In this document: piece after piece, positions 25,551 through 38,642 of the stretch
Layout of the letters: every line of letters starts with the position of its first letter
How positions within the stretch are numbered: position 1 is the first letter of the stretch
NCBI GenBank assembly: GCA_951406725.2
Contig: OX597815.1
Span: 146,258,001 to 146,322,000 of the forward strand
DNA: 64,000 bases
Source of the DNA: Octopus vulgaris
Taxonomy: Eukaryota
Direction of reading: 5' to 3'
The notes under the pieces: generated by a model
The model's database searches: none
The model's input: only the letters and a program-made list of their open reading frames with translations
What the model was told of the DNA's origin: nothing
Program-made: the position numbers and the translations under genes

Positions 25551-27239
25551 TTCGTATAAGTATCTGCGTACCATAGCCTTCTTGATTAGAGCTGGTCTAG
25601 CGCTATAGAAAAACAATTAGTTCCTTTCATGAATCTATAAGATAGTCCCTGGCTATTCGTTCAAGGTTCTATTTATAACATTTCATTTTCTCTGAAACCA
25701 CATACAGCCGTTTAATTTAAGTGGGAATTACATTATTCGCTTGCCATATAGCGGTTCACTTATCGCGGTTTATTATTTAATCTTACGTCGATTCCTCCGT
25801 GGAGTTGTTTTGCATTTATGATAAAATAAATATTTACACTGTCGTTAGGATCAGGATTCCACATAGTTTCTGCTAACCAAACTTCAGTCACAGTTCTATG
25901 GTTGACCCAAAATTATGAGAAAAGGCACTTTCCCTTGGTTGTACGTAGTTGACTAAACTCGAACGTAATTCCATGGAGTTGCAAAACAAACATATTAAAT
26001 GCGGAGTCATTCAATTGCACGTATTCATATAACCAATGAGGAATCGTGGTTTTAGGCACTGTGTAACAAATAGTGATCGATTATGAACTATTACGGCTGT
26101 CACCCTGCCATTTGATCTCTAATATTCTATCATTTGATAAATCTGCAAGCCATTCCAGTGATGGTTATATTAAGTTACATAAAATATTATATTAAAACCG
26201 TACATATCCTCCGAGTTCATCTTTCAACAAGATTCAGTTTCATGATTGTAATGTATAATAGCAATTGTACAGAACTGTTCTCTTCATGAGCCAAATCAGG
26301 CGCTACAACACACTTGCTTGAGAAGTAAAAGTAGGAGAGGGTTCACACTGAATAATTAACACTAGGACCTTGCAATCGAGGACCTGTTAGATAATATATT
26401 CCTAGATAATTCCTAACGAATGGGATTATCATTATTAGAATGGGCTTTATAGTAGTTCTTCTCAATCGGGGATCATCCCGGGGGAAAAATACTAACAAAA
26501 ACAATAACCAACACTAACTATTTTCTTAATCAGAGATCTAACCATCTGCCTACCAGACTTCAATGCTGGAGTGCTGTACGAAGCAAATTTACAGTTTAAA
26601 ATCGTAAGATTAGAATATAAATTCTATGACAGTAATGTAATCCTGAATAACAATCCCGCAAGGGTGATATAGCTGATAATTTTGTTATTCTAGTATTAAA
26701 GTATTATAAATAAGATATTAATTTTATTCTTTTGTTTTCAGACTGTACCGTAAGACAAATAGCCACATAAAAACAATATTATGTTTGTTATTTTCTCCTT
26801 GAATACATTTCTATATTTGAGCAATTGAAATCAAATTATTGGTTTATTGTTGACAAAGCAGAAGCCGGAACGAGATAAAGAATTTAACACTGAGATATTG
26901 AAAGTTAATAAATATACAATCAACGGGAAATAGAAAACCAGAAGTGGTTTCCATTTTAGACATTTGCAAGTAACTAATAATTTGTAAATTATTTTGGGAA
27001 CTATGGCAATTTTATAGCATCAATAGAGGTCAAGCTAACTGTCGATTGGGCAACTAAAATTAGTAGTCGTGTGCCCCTTTAAAATCACATCTTACAGCTT
27101 TACAAACATCAACTTATCTTGAATAAGGGGTTCATCGTCGTTGATTTCTAAAATTTATGCATTTTTGTAACTAGATCGTGTCTATGCAGACAAAGTGTAA
27201 TATAATATAAAATATAATAACGTATAAAAAAAATAACAT

Positions 27240-27525
27240 CGCGTGATCGACGAGATTATCGAATGTTGTGATACGTCGTTAGATACAATGCGTTTTGCTT
27301 CGTTTTAGCTTTCGTATGATGTCACCCCCGCTCGCTTGGTGACCAGGCCAACGTCTCGCCTGATTGGAAAGCAAGGCCATCACAGAGTTAGTCGTTTACA
27401 GCCGAGTGGGTGGAGCAATATCAAATGAAGTGTTTTGGTCAAGAGAGCTCAAAGCCTAGCCGGTCTGTGAACCGAAACAACGATCCTAAGACCGCATGTA
27501 CAACACGCCTAACTACTAGGCCACG
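27240..27525 (-). mobile_element. Degenerate SINE related to family A
   Basis: Tail similar to 910-1030 (ACAATGCG...TTTTAGC.TTC...TGA.G.CACCCC.CT..CT...GA.CAGGCCAAC). Confidence 0.6.
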
Positions 27526-27752
27526 CACATTCATACGAAAATAATATGATATCATATATAATATAAAAGTAATATTTATATAGATGCATATTCCCTCTCT
27601 CTTTCTCTCTTTATATATATATATGAACATATAAATGTATATTATATAAATGTATATTATATATATATATAAATGGCACTACTAGACATAAATGCCTCAC
27701 GCTATCAGGGACTCTAAAACACAATACTACCATAATAAATACCATAAGAAAT

Positions 27753-27807
<55 letters not shown>

Positions 27808-28229
27808 CAAACTATAAAGTTATATCCTGAGTGACAACAACGCTCAAGATATACAACGGACTGGAAATAGAAGTGCTCCAATGAGCTGTATACACTTTTT
27901 ATCCAAGGGGAGGCAATGCGAGCAACAACCACAGAAACATCACAAAATTCAAAGATAGACCAGACACATACAAATCTTATATATTAATTTATATCTAAAC
28001 AGTCCGACATTTAAAAATATTTTAAAATTCAGTTATATATAAGTATCCAAATAAAAGTATAAATATAATTTTTGCATATAACACGCTTAAAACTGTTAGA
28101 ATAAGAGAAATAAATATAATGATAATAAAATAAAAATATGGCATATCAAAAGACGAATAAAATTCCGGCGAATAGTACATAGAATATAATACATATACAA
28201 GCTTACAAAATATAAGATATACAGAGGTC

Positions 28230-28322
28230 CATCTACGGGTCGTTTCGGGGATGTGCCAATTAATATTAGACATATCAGTACTTAAAATAGTACTTAAAAT
28301 TGGCACTCCCCTCATCAGGATG
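28230..28322 (-). ncRNA. Type I hammerhead ribozyme in the PLE-2 3' region (element sense strand)
   Basis: CATC-CTGATGA-GGGGAGTGCCAATT...AATTGGCACATCCCC-GAAA-CGACCCG-TA-GATG: perfect core, 14-bp stem II, GUA cleavage triplet. Confidence 0.85.
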
Positions 28323-28587
28323 TCCTATACAACACATATAAAACATGAACAAATACACAATCACATACAGGCCATTCTCAGAACATGGCATTTACGTACT
28401 CTCAGAAATGTTTTCGTCGATCCTGAATGGAACTTTATACGTATACAATTCGATCCAGCCGCCATAGTAAATTGTATGGACACAGCGCCATCTGGACCAT
28501 TTCACTTCAGCACTTATTTTATTTCAATTTTATAAATTTTCCCATACATGCCAAGCCACATATTCAGGTTCGAGTCCTCGACTAACA

Positions 28588-28833
28588 GCTATTTTTTAAA
28601 TAATTACATTACTTTAGTTTTATCTCGTTTACCACTCACTATACTTAATTAATTGTTATTGGTTAGCTCTAACTTTTATTGCTATTTCTATTTCTAAATT
28701 TTCTAGCTATTTTTTTAATAATTACATTACTTTAGTTATATCTGGTTTACCACTCACTATACTTACTAAACTTAACTCAATTGTTATTGCTTAGCTCTAA
28801 CTTTTATTGCTATTTCTATTTCTAAATTTCCTA
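28588..28833. repeat. Tandem duplication of a ~120-bp unit at the PLE-2 ORF end / 3' UTR
   Basis: AGCTATTTTTT..TAATTACATTACTTTAG...GCTATTTCTATTTCTAAATTT occurs twice. Confidence 0.85.
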
Positions 28834-30000
28834 TGGAACGTCGAATGGATCTTATGCGTACACGCCGGTATTGCATCAGTGAACTTATTTAACACTGCAT
28901 TGTTGTAATTTTTCAATATAGTATATGCCTTCCTTATTCATAAACCGCATCTAGTGGACCCACTTCTATAAGGGGAGGCATGCGCACGGATAGCCCATGA
29001 TATTTTAAATTCAATATTCCTTCCTTAAGTTCATTAACATGTAATGCCAATGTTGTAGAGGTCCTATATTTAGGATTGTTGAAAGAGCTCAGGCGGGATC
29101 GATACCTCTGCTTAAAGTCTACTGTGCTTCCAATATATATTTTTCTCTGGCCTCCTTGAGCCTCAACATTACATTTATAAACTACATTTTCCAGGCGATA
29201 ATTTCCGCTAATCGGACATTCTGATGGGTCCCTACAATTACATTTCTTCAACCTGCTACGGGGTCCCGTATTATTGATCACTGCAAAACCATGCCCCCTT
29301 CCAGTACTACGATCCACCATATCATTTACACCATCGTTCGTACTATTTTCCGGTATAATTATTCTATTATTATTCTTATTTTTATTCTTATTCTTACTAA
29401 TATTCTTATTACCATTACCACTACTACTAACACCATTATTACCACCCTGATAATCATTATAATCACTAATATTATCACCGATATCATTATTATGATTATC
29501 TCTACTATTTGCATTATTTGTCACTCCGACACGCCCTTCACAATCGATTTCAAAAGACGTACTATTAATACTAATACCATCTTCTATGTCGTTAAGGAAT
29601 TTTCCATTAAAGCTTCTGTCATCATTTCTATCATCATAGCGTCTTATTTTACTTCTGTTCGACGAAGCAATAATAGATCCGACATTGGGAGTGACTGAGT
29701 AGGCCAGCTTGATTGTTGACTTGTTACGTATTGAATAGTACTTATGGTGTTTTGGGAAATTTTCCTTCAATAACTTAAAAAGTAGCTTTGGTAAACCTTT
29801 TAGGGAGGAGCAAACCAAGTAATCCTAGGCTTAGTATTAATAGTGGGATTACAATATGTTGCTTGGCTTGATGTACTTATTGTAAGGGCACTCCTGTATC
29901 TATTACTAATATTCATATCTCAATTTCAAGGCATTGTTGTATATTGGGGCGTGTTGATTAAAGATGTTTTCATTCGCTGATAAGTTTGAGATTTGTTTTC
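28790..30000 (-). pseudogene. PLE-2 RT-thumb/GIY-YIG ORF, frameshifted (main open segment 28934-29818)
   Basis: GIY-YIG motif VVY...YIG and Arg in KQRY; frameshift near 29015 resumes as FKISWAI..ASPY...C. Confidence 0.85.
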
Positions 30001-30009
30001 TGTGACAGT

Positions 30010-30520
30010 TCCACTTCCTGATGTTTAATGCCTCTTTTTTTTACAACCAGGTCATCAATACTAACATCCATACCATTGTTCTCTTTCAAACTGCTTCTCT
30101 TCCCTTCAATCTTTTCAATCATCTCTAAATTCCCAGGCCTTCTTTCCTCATCACACGACCAGGAAATCTCAGTTACTTGGCCCTTATTTGACAGGGCAGC
30201 TTCCTACTTAGCGCAGCCCGAGTCATCACTTCATTAAGCACTTTATCCAGCCTATACTCAATATTCTCCTTATGAACCACATTTCAAAGCTCTCCAAGCA
30301 TCTCATGTCTGATGTAATAGACCATTTCTTTCTTCCCTATATTAATACAGGGTATACAGAGCAGTTCAGCATATGGATCGTAGTCTTGATGCTCAGAATA
30401 CGGTCTCTCAAGATGTTATACAAATTCGAGAAAGCAAATTTTTCAGCGCTATTCCTTTTTTTTTTCTGAAACTATGAGCTGCAATTGAAGTGGTTACATA
30501 TTGGAAGTGTCATTTTAACC
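30010..30520 (-). mobile_element. RTE-clade LINE fragment
   Basis: Minus translation LNCSVYPVLI*G..KWSI...CLESFEMWFIRRILSIGW...IEKIEGKR, typical of the RTE ORF C-terminus. Confidence 0.8.
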
Positions 30521-31088
30521 ATTTGTTAGACTTACCTTTGTTCTGTTTATAGACGTGTGAAGTTTTTTTGTTGTTTTTTTTTAAACCTGTCTGAGACGTG
30601 ATCTCTAAATCGCTTTTATGGCGTCTCTTGAAAGTTTGTTGGTGACGAATTATTATGGGTGTCAATTTTTTTTAACATTTTCTATTTATTTACTTCCATT
30701 TCTTATTTAAATTTTTTCAGTTATGTGTTGAACTAACTGACATATGGCTCTACTGCACATTTGTCATCTGATCTCTTCATTTGAGTCGCTTACTTGTCTT
30801 ATTCATATTATTCCACATTCTTTCCTTGATTTTTTTTCTTTCTCTTACGTTTGTTATAAGAGTTCGCTACGAATGTATGGAAACATCATTCACCATGTAT
30901 ATATACAACATTTCGGAAATATTTTCTTTAGGAACGGCTCTATAGAAATTAGATTAGAGCTAAGTTGATTTAAATATTGTACCGTAAATATTAAATCAAT
31001 TAAGTAGGAATTTAATTTCTATAGATTTGTATCACAAGATAAGAATATCTTTCAGAAATAATAATAATGATTCTTTCTCTCTCTCTTG

Positions 31089-31120
<32 letters not shown>

Positions 31121-31130
31121 GTGTGCGTAT

Positions 31131-31189
<59 letters not shown>

Positions 31190-31203
31190 TTGTGTATGTG
31201 TGT

Positions 31204-31255
<52 letters not shown>

Positions 31256-31889
31256 GAGACAAACACGCACAAATACATACACACCACATACACAGTCACG
31301 GGGTCTGCCCGCATTGGTAACGAAAAGTCATTACAAGACAAAGAGAAAATGCAGAAGCAGAAGAGATGAAAATGTATGTTTGTTATATTTCTAACAAGTT
31401 ACAAAAAAAAAATCACCTGAAAGGCACTAACACTGACCCATGTCAAAAGGTCAAGCAAATACGCAACTGTATTCAGCCGAAGGTCTGGCCGAAAGAGAAA
31501 AAATATGAGACACAAAATAAAAGAGAGAGTGGGTGAGAGAAAGAGAGGGGGAGATAAAGAGAGAGAGAGAGCAAAGAAATAATCGTTCCATCACTAAAAT
31601 ATCACCAGTAATTCGCAACAGCCACTATGGACCCGGGTTTGTGACTAGAGGGCAGAGTTACAAAAGAAATATTAACTCCCCGAGAAATAATGTGGTAAAT
31701 ATAACAGTTGTGAAAGGGTTCTTCTTAATGACGGTGTGTTTTTAAACCAACAGAAATATCAAAGCTAAAACATACGTACTTTTAATAATTGCTCCGTCTC
31801 GCATTGTAGGAACACACTGTAGATTCTTGTTTGCGCATGCATTTATATAACTATGTATTCGTGCATGTATGTTGTGAAGTATCATGATT

Positions 31890-32150
31890 TAGTGGTTGGT
31901 GTATTCAGCTCACGATCATAAGGTTGTGTGTTCGATTCGTGATCGTAAGGTTGTGTATTGTATCCTTGAGAAAGACACTTTATTTCATGTTCCCCTTAAT
32001 CCACTTATCTGGCCAAAATGAGTTGTATATGTAGTTCAAAAGGGCCAAAGTCGTTTCATTCAGTGTTATGCTGAATCTCCCTGAGAACTACGTTAAGGGT
32101 ACGTATGTCTGCGGAGTACTCAGCCACTTGCAAGTTAAATTCATGATCTA
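31890..32150 (+). mobile_element. Degenerate tRNA-derived SINE (another family)
   Basis: TAGTGGTT A box, GTTCGATTC B box, GTATCCTTGAGAAAGACACTTTA central domain. Confidence 0.65.
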
Positions 32151-32830
32151 AGCCACGCGCCCTCACGCAAGTATAATAATTTACTGATTAAACTAATTAT
32201 GCTTTACAGCAATCATAGTTTAGTTGATAGATATTCCGATCACATATTTAATTTTTTTCTTAAAAGAGGCGAGAGCATTGACACTTATTAGGAGCTCTGA
32301 AATTGGTGAAGATGTTCCACATATTTTCAGAAATGTGCGCTCCGTGGAAGGCACACAATGATAAAGAGGCGAAATTAAGGATTTTACATTATTTAAGTAT
32401 CGAAACCAAATCGCTGCCTTTTGCTTTCCGATTGCACAAATCATGACGACTTATCACTAAACTGTGAAAAACTAACGACGATATCAACATGATGATATGA
32501 AGAATTACACGAATCGATAAATCAATAATGGAGTGTTTGTGTGTATTATTCATACGGCAACATAAACAACATCTGATAGTGTTTCTCCCATCGATATTTT
32601 TCATACAAAGAAATTACACTTTGATTATTTAAGTAAAGGAGGATTATATGTAAATATATGTTTACGGATTAATAAAGTTGAAAGAAGGAAGGACTCTCTA
32701 AAAGGATTAGAGAAATTATTTACATCAAATTGATGCAATATTTGTTTTCTTGTTTTTCTTACTACAAACTTATTCATGAAGTCTGAGGATATTTTGAAAG
32801 TAAGTTGATTCTGTCTTCACACACACACAC

Positions 32831-32876
<46 letters not shown>

Positions 32877-32922
32877 CACACATATATACAAACACGCATA
32901 TACATACATACATACACACACA

Positions 32923-32963
<41 letters not shown>

Positions 32964-34611
32964 CTGCATAAATTCTTAGTGTTTGTGTCGTTATTAATTT
33001 CCAATAATGCTCCTATGTTCGTATCCATTGCAGTTCTCACATAAACTAATATTTACGTATTTTTACTAGTATATTGATAAATGATTTATTTGTCATGGCT
33101 TAAGTATTATTTTTTCTCTCCTTTCTCCTCTTCATCATGATCGTCATCAACATCGTTATCATTTTAATAAATATATTTTTATGTTTTAATAGATTGTATA
33201 GTGAGCTTTAACGGCACGACCAAGTACATAAATGAACGTCCGTGATCTTGAATCTGTTTGCAGCCATTGTCATGGTTTGCATGCGTCACTTTTACATCGA
33301 CTTGTGTTGTGTAGTTATTGCTGTTTTTTGTGTCTGGAGTTCCTTAAGCGTTCTTTGTATTTGAAGTGCAAAATATGTAACGGTCCTTTTTAATGGCTAT
33401 TACAGTGCGAATGTAGCATGACATTGTTTTATAATATATAATACGCCAGCAAAAATATTATGAAATCACAAGAGGGATAACAATTGGTGGTTTACAGAAA
33501 ATATAGTTTGAAACATTACTAGGTGATTCAAGGCGGTGAGCTGTCAAAATATTTACTGCATCAAGGAAAATGCATAGTGGCATTTATTCATGTTGTTTTT
33601 TTTACGTTTTCAGCTCAAATACTAGAGTTAGGGTTAGGGTCGATCAAATAGGTACCACTCAAATACCGGATGGATGTAATCTACCAATTCCCGGCCTTAA
33701 ACTTGTCAGTCACCTACAAAATTTGAAAGAATATTACGTTGTGATCGAATGGTGGTGTGCTCGTTGAGTTGTTGGCCTGTCAGATAAAATGCTCTTTATA
33801 TTCTGTGTTCAAATTTAACGGAGGTCAAATTTTTTTTGTCATTCTTTCGGGATCGATAAGTACTAGTTGAGCACTGGAGTCAATGTAACAGACGTTCCCT
33901 CTCCTCTTAAAACTGCTGGATTTCTGCTAAAATTTGAAGCCATTAAATTTTGATTGTGTATATACAGACATGTGTGTATATAGACATGCATATGTTATGT
34001 TTTTTTTCTACGATAAGTATCACTTTAGTGATGTCTAGCCTTCATCAGATTAGGATTTGTGTGGTTCATGTCAATTTTGTTATTGTTTTAGCTCCTGGTC
34101 ACGCTTGTCTTCACAGACTTCTGAGCAGGACCATCCTGCCTTTAACTTTTTGATCCTCTCATAAGATATTTTTGCGCACAAGATAAATCGAGCTATTATT
34201 GAGTACACGCAAAAGATTTGTATGTCGTTGACAAACAAGTTATTGTTGTGAACCTTTAGTATCATTATTTTAACGTAATCAATATTGTTTTCTAAAAAAA
34301 TCATTGAGAATAATCGATTTAAGCGATAGCACTGCTATTTTACAAGTTAGCCTTTATGCTCTACTTATAGGTTTGGCCAGCACAAACTATCCGTTCGTCA
34401 TTGATGGATTTAAAAGAATCAAGTTAAACGGTCGTCTATTGATATCTGGTAGATTGCAAGTTATAACAGTTTTGATTTCTTCGTCAGAAAATGGGATCCA
34501 GGTAGAGGCTCCTCCATTAATGTTATTAGGGAAATCATGTTATATGTTTCTCTGTCTGTCTGCCTCTCTCTCTATCTCTGTCCATCTTTGTCTCTCTCTC
34601 CCTCTCTCTCT

Positions 34612-34645
<34 letters not shown>

Positions 34646-36981
34646 GGGTTTTGTAATCATAATATTCTATATGTGAGGATTATACAACTTATTTCATGTT
34701 GCGGTATATTATGGGAGTATTTGAAAATTTATGAATGAATAGAAACTGTGTGTAATTCCCGCGTTACATAGTGAAACCTATCCATCTGTGAACTTACGCA
34801 CATACAACATAACTCTGTTACGCATTGATTCAGGTTTTGGAGAGTGAAATAGTAATTTGCAAGGTACATGTATCTTGGGTATCTCAGCTTGGGATGATAC
34901 ATTACAAGAATGATGTCACCATAAGCCGATCTTCCCTCTTATACAAAATCAGAAAATATAAAGAAAAATCGGAAACACAAACTATAAAACAAAAGGCAAC
35001 ATAATTGCATTGGCTTGATCAAAATTACTCTGATATGTATGTGTCCGCTTGCATATTGATAAAAGTTAGGATGACTTGATTATGAGGATAGCTTACTTCA
35101 TTCAGGAATTGCAAGAGGTATAGTTATCTCTGAAATGTCACATTGAGGTTGTAACTGTTACAGTTGCTGCAGCGCACAATGGTCTCCTGATCATCGTGCC
35201 CTGTTCCTGTAAATTTTACAAGATTCGAACGTTCGATTTGATACTTTTTGTATTAGAATGTCGCCTATATTTCCCGGCGTCTACAGGCTGACGGTGTGTG
35301 TTGGGAGAGGTTAAGTTCGATGATGCTCAAGCATGTCCCGAAGATACGGATTGAAGTGATTACTGTTAGACTCGTTTCTCTGTAACCCGTCGATTCAAAC
35401 GCCTTTCTCCTCCGACCAAATTCTCATTAAAGTGTTCAACTACAACTTAATGTCGCTGAGTGGGGATAGTAATTTCTTCAAGTACAACTTAATGTGGTGG
35501 GGCGGTGGAGTATTGATGTTTTCAGTTGCAATTTGAAGTGGAAAAGGAGAGAGATGTCCTCCAGCAACTTTTATGAAATGTCAGTTATAGTGTCAAATAC
35601 AGTTTCAAATAGAATCAGAATATGAAATATGTCGATGATGACAACAGCATGGAAATGGAGATGGGTCTGAGAAATATTAGGAGAAGGAGAATGAAGAAGT
35701 CAAAAATAGAATTAATTATTCGTTGCAAGCAAAATTAAATTAACGGAATAGTTTTAGTCGAAGGTAGTAAGAAGATATATATATATTTCTTAGCTGTTAA
35801 ATAGTAACTCTTACACTTGCCATGTGTATTTTAGATCTTATGATTGTTCTGGTTGTGTAGCCCTAGGTTAGCTGTGATGAAGTAGACCTATGTCCATATG
35901 TACTCAAGGCAAAGTGATTGTCTACTTATGACAGTTGGGATCTAATATATTCTTAATAGTAGCAACTCCTGGAAATGCTAGAATATGCTTTCTCAGAAAT
36001 GTGCTATTTCTAACAGTGTGTTTTTCTTGAGGTTACTTCTCACTGAAGCAGATAAATAATTCGCATTTTATTAATATTTAGTCGCGGATTACTGATGATA
36101 ATTTTTTTCTCTTATTTATTAAACAAAATTTTTAACTTCCATAAACTTCCTATCAATAAGTTATGCATTTAGAACGAAAGTAAATTTACAAGGTAGCACT
36201 GTCTGTTTACATATAAACCCTCTCACATCATAACCTTTCTTCCTCGTGTGATTTCTGGTGACGGAATATAACGCTGAAACCTGGGACGCCTTTAATTACA
36301 GGATTCTTTAACATATGCTAAAACTCAACAAATTGATCAATATTATAATTAATTGTGTTGGTGAAATTCCAATCCTTCACAATGATGATGCTTTTTGTTT
36401 GGTAGTAATATGTCTATATTTATTTCGGCTGCACTAACTGAACTCACAACTATAAGTACATATCACGTACACGCTCTTTCGGACGTCACTTGCACAATGA
36501 CACATCCGCTAGAAACAAAAAAATTTTAATGCATAAAAATTCCTGTTGTATTGTATTCGATATACATGTATTTGTTGATGTTAAAAACATAGCACTAGCC
36601 ACATTCAGTTATTACCATTAGATCATTTTAGTTTAGATTATACGAATTACTTAGGTCATAAACGTATCCTGCTCTTTTTGTAAAAGTCTTAATCTATGCT
36701 TCTGAAGATAACGTCGGACCGTTGTTGTGCTGCTGACGACTATCGAGACAGAACCACGGATCTACGACTGTCCTCTTACTTCCAAGCAATAAATACGTCT
36801 ATTTCTTTAATAGCAAATTAAATTTGGAAAATTCTTGGTTCTTGAAATTGCCTCCCAATTCATATGGAGCTGATCTTGACTAACATTTGGAAATTATGAT
36901 ACATTGTCTATTGATGAAGATAAATTTTCATAACTCAACAATTTATGTTATCTATATATATAAATATATATATATATATTG

Positions 36982-37068
<87 letters not shown>

Positions 37069-38571
37069 TGTGTGTGTGTGTGTGTATGTACATGTGTGTG
37101 TTTACATAAACACGCACACAGACACATAGGTATATCTATAGAGCCATGTTAATTTTGGAAAGCCTATGTATTTACGCTCATTCGTTATCGCTTGTCGATG
37201 CAACAAATGAATTTACGCGCATGGGCATGGATATCATTTGAAATGATTTACGAGCGATGATATATAGAAAGGCTGACACAGTTAGGCAATCAAGAACTTA
37301 ATATAATGAAGCTGAACATATATATAATCTTCAAAAGAATATCGCTTTGTCACGTTTCTATAAATTTGGTCAGGAATTCCCCAATATTATATGATAAACA
37401 TATCAATAGTCAGATTTATTATTTATTACCAATGTTATATGTCTTCAAAAATTTAGATTTTATATGGATATATTATTCTAGCCCTGGTTCTGTAATATAT
37501 TAGTTGCTATAACAGAATTTATTGGATAGATATGGCCATAACACACGCATTTATCTAATGCTGTTTTTTTGAAATCCTTTTTCCTGTATTTCCTCTCCTA
37601 CATAATGCATTCCTGCCTGGATTTTCCTCCTAGGTATGATAAGAACAGTGCTGTATATAAGTTTATTACAAAACATTAACAAGTTTGCATTAATTTAGCA
37701 CTGACATTCTGAAACAAGTCATGATAAACCGCAGTGTATGCGGTTGACAATTTCAGTATAAGCGATGTCTTACAAATTCACTCTATATGTTCTGATAAAT
37801 TCGAATATGGGTATGCTAATCGCTGTTGTATTTCGTCTTTGGAGAACTATTATCTAATGCTGAAAATACTAATCTGTGCCCGAGTAGATACAGTAAATAT
37901 AATAAAATATATTATATTAGTCAAACATACCAAATAAGCTGTGAGTTTCATAGAGGGATGAATGCGGCGACAAAGGTTTAATCTAAAAATCTTTGCTTTT
38001 CCAACTGAGTTTCCATCCATGTGAATTCACTTCCTGTACTTTTTCCACTGTTAGCCTGAGTAAACACAGAGAAGAAAAAAAAAACATTAGATATCGGATG
38101 ACTATTTCAAACAAAATAAAATATATACTATGAAATACTATATTATTTTCTTTAGGTACAGCGATCTTGATAACAATTTGTTAGAATTCAGTATACCCAT
38201 GCATCACAGTAAAGCACCAGGGGCCTACTGACTGCGACATTAAATGGTAAAGGAGCATGAGTTACATAATCACTTCCATTAGCTTACAGCTTTTTTGTTA
38301 TAAGAAGAGATGCACTGGGAGTCGAGTATTCACGCAACATCTTATAGCTTCGTCGATGCAGTTTAAATGAAGAATATGTTTATGATATAAGATATAAAAA
38401 TTTATCACAAAGATCTCTGAAGAAATTTAAGCAATACATTTTTTGAAGCATATCTATATAAGGAAGATAGAAAGAAGAAATGTCATCATCTCGTTATTAA
38501 AATTGCAAACGGTCTCTTGGTGCGCTTGTGCATTTTCTTATTTACGACTAAACTCGCATCGACACCTTTGT

Positions 38572-38642
<71 letters not shown>

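Larger units (their letters stand above)
27806..30003 (-). mobile_element. 5'-truncated Penelope-like retroelement (PLE-2): RT thumb, GIY-YIG endonuclease and 3' region with hammerhead
   Basis: Minus translation ISNLSANENIFNQHAPIYNNAL; ENFPKHHKY..NKSTIKLAYS; CNCRDPSECP..NVVYKC..IYIGST.DFKQRY; homologous to ORF 50044-51510; boundaries approximate. Confidence 0.85.
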
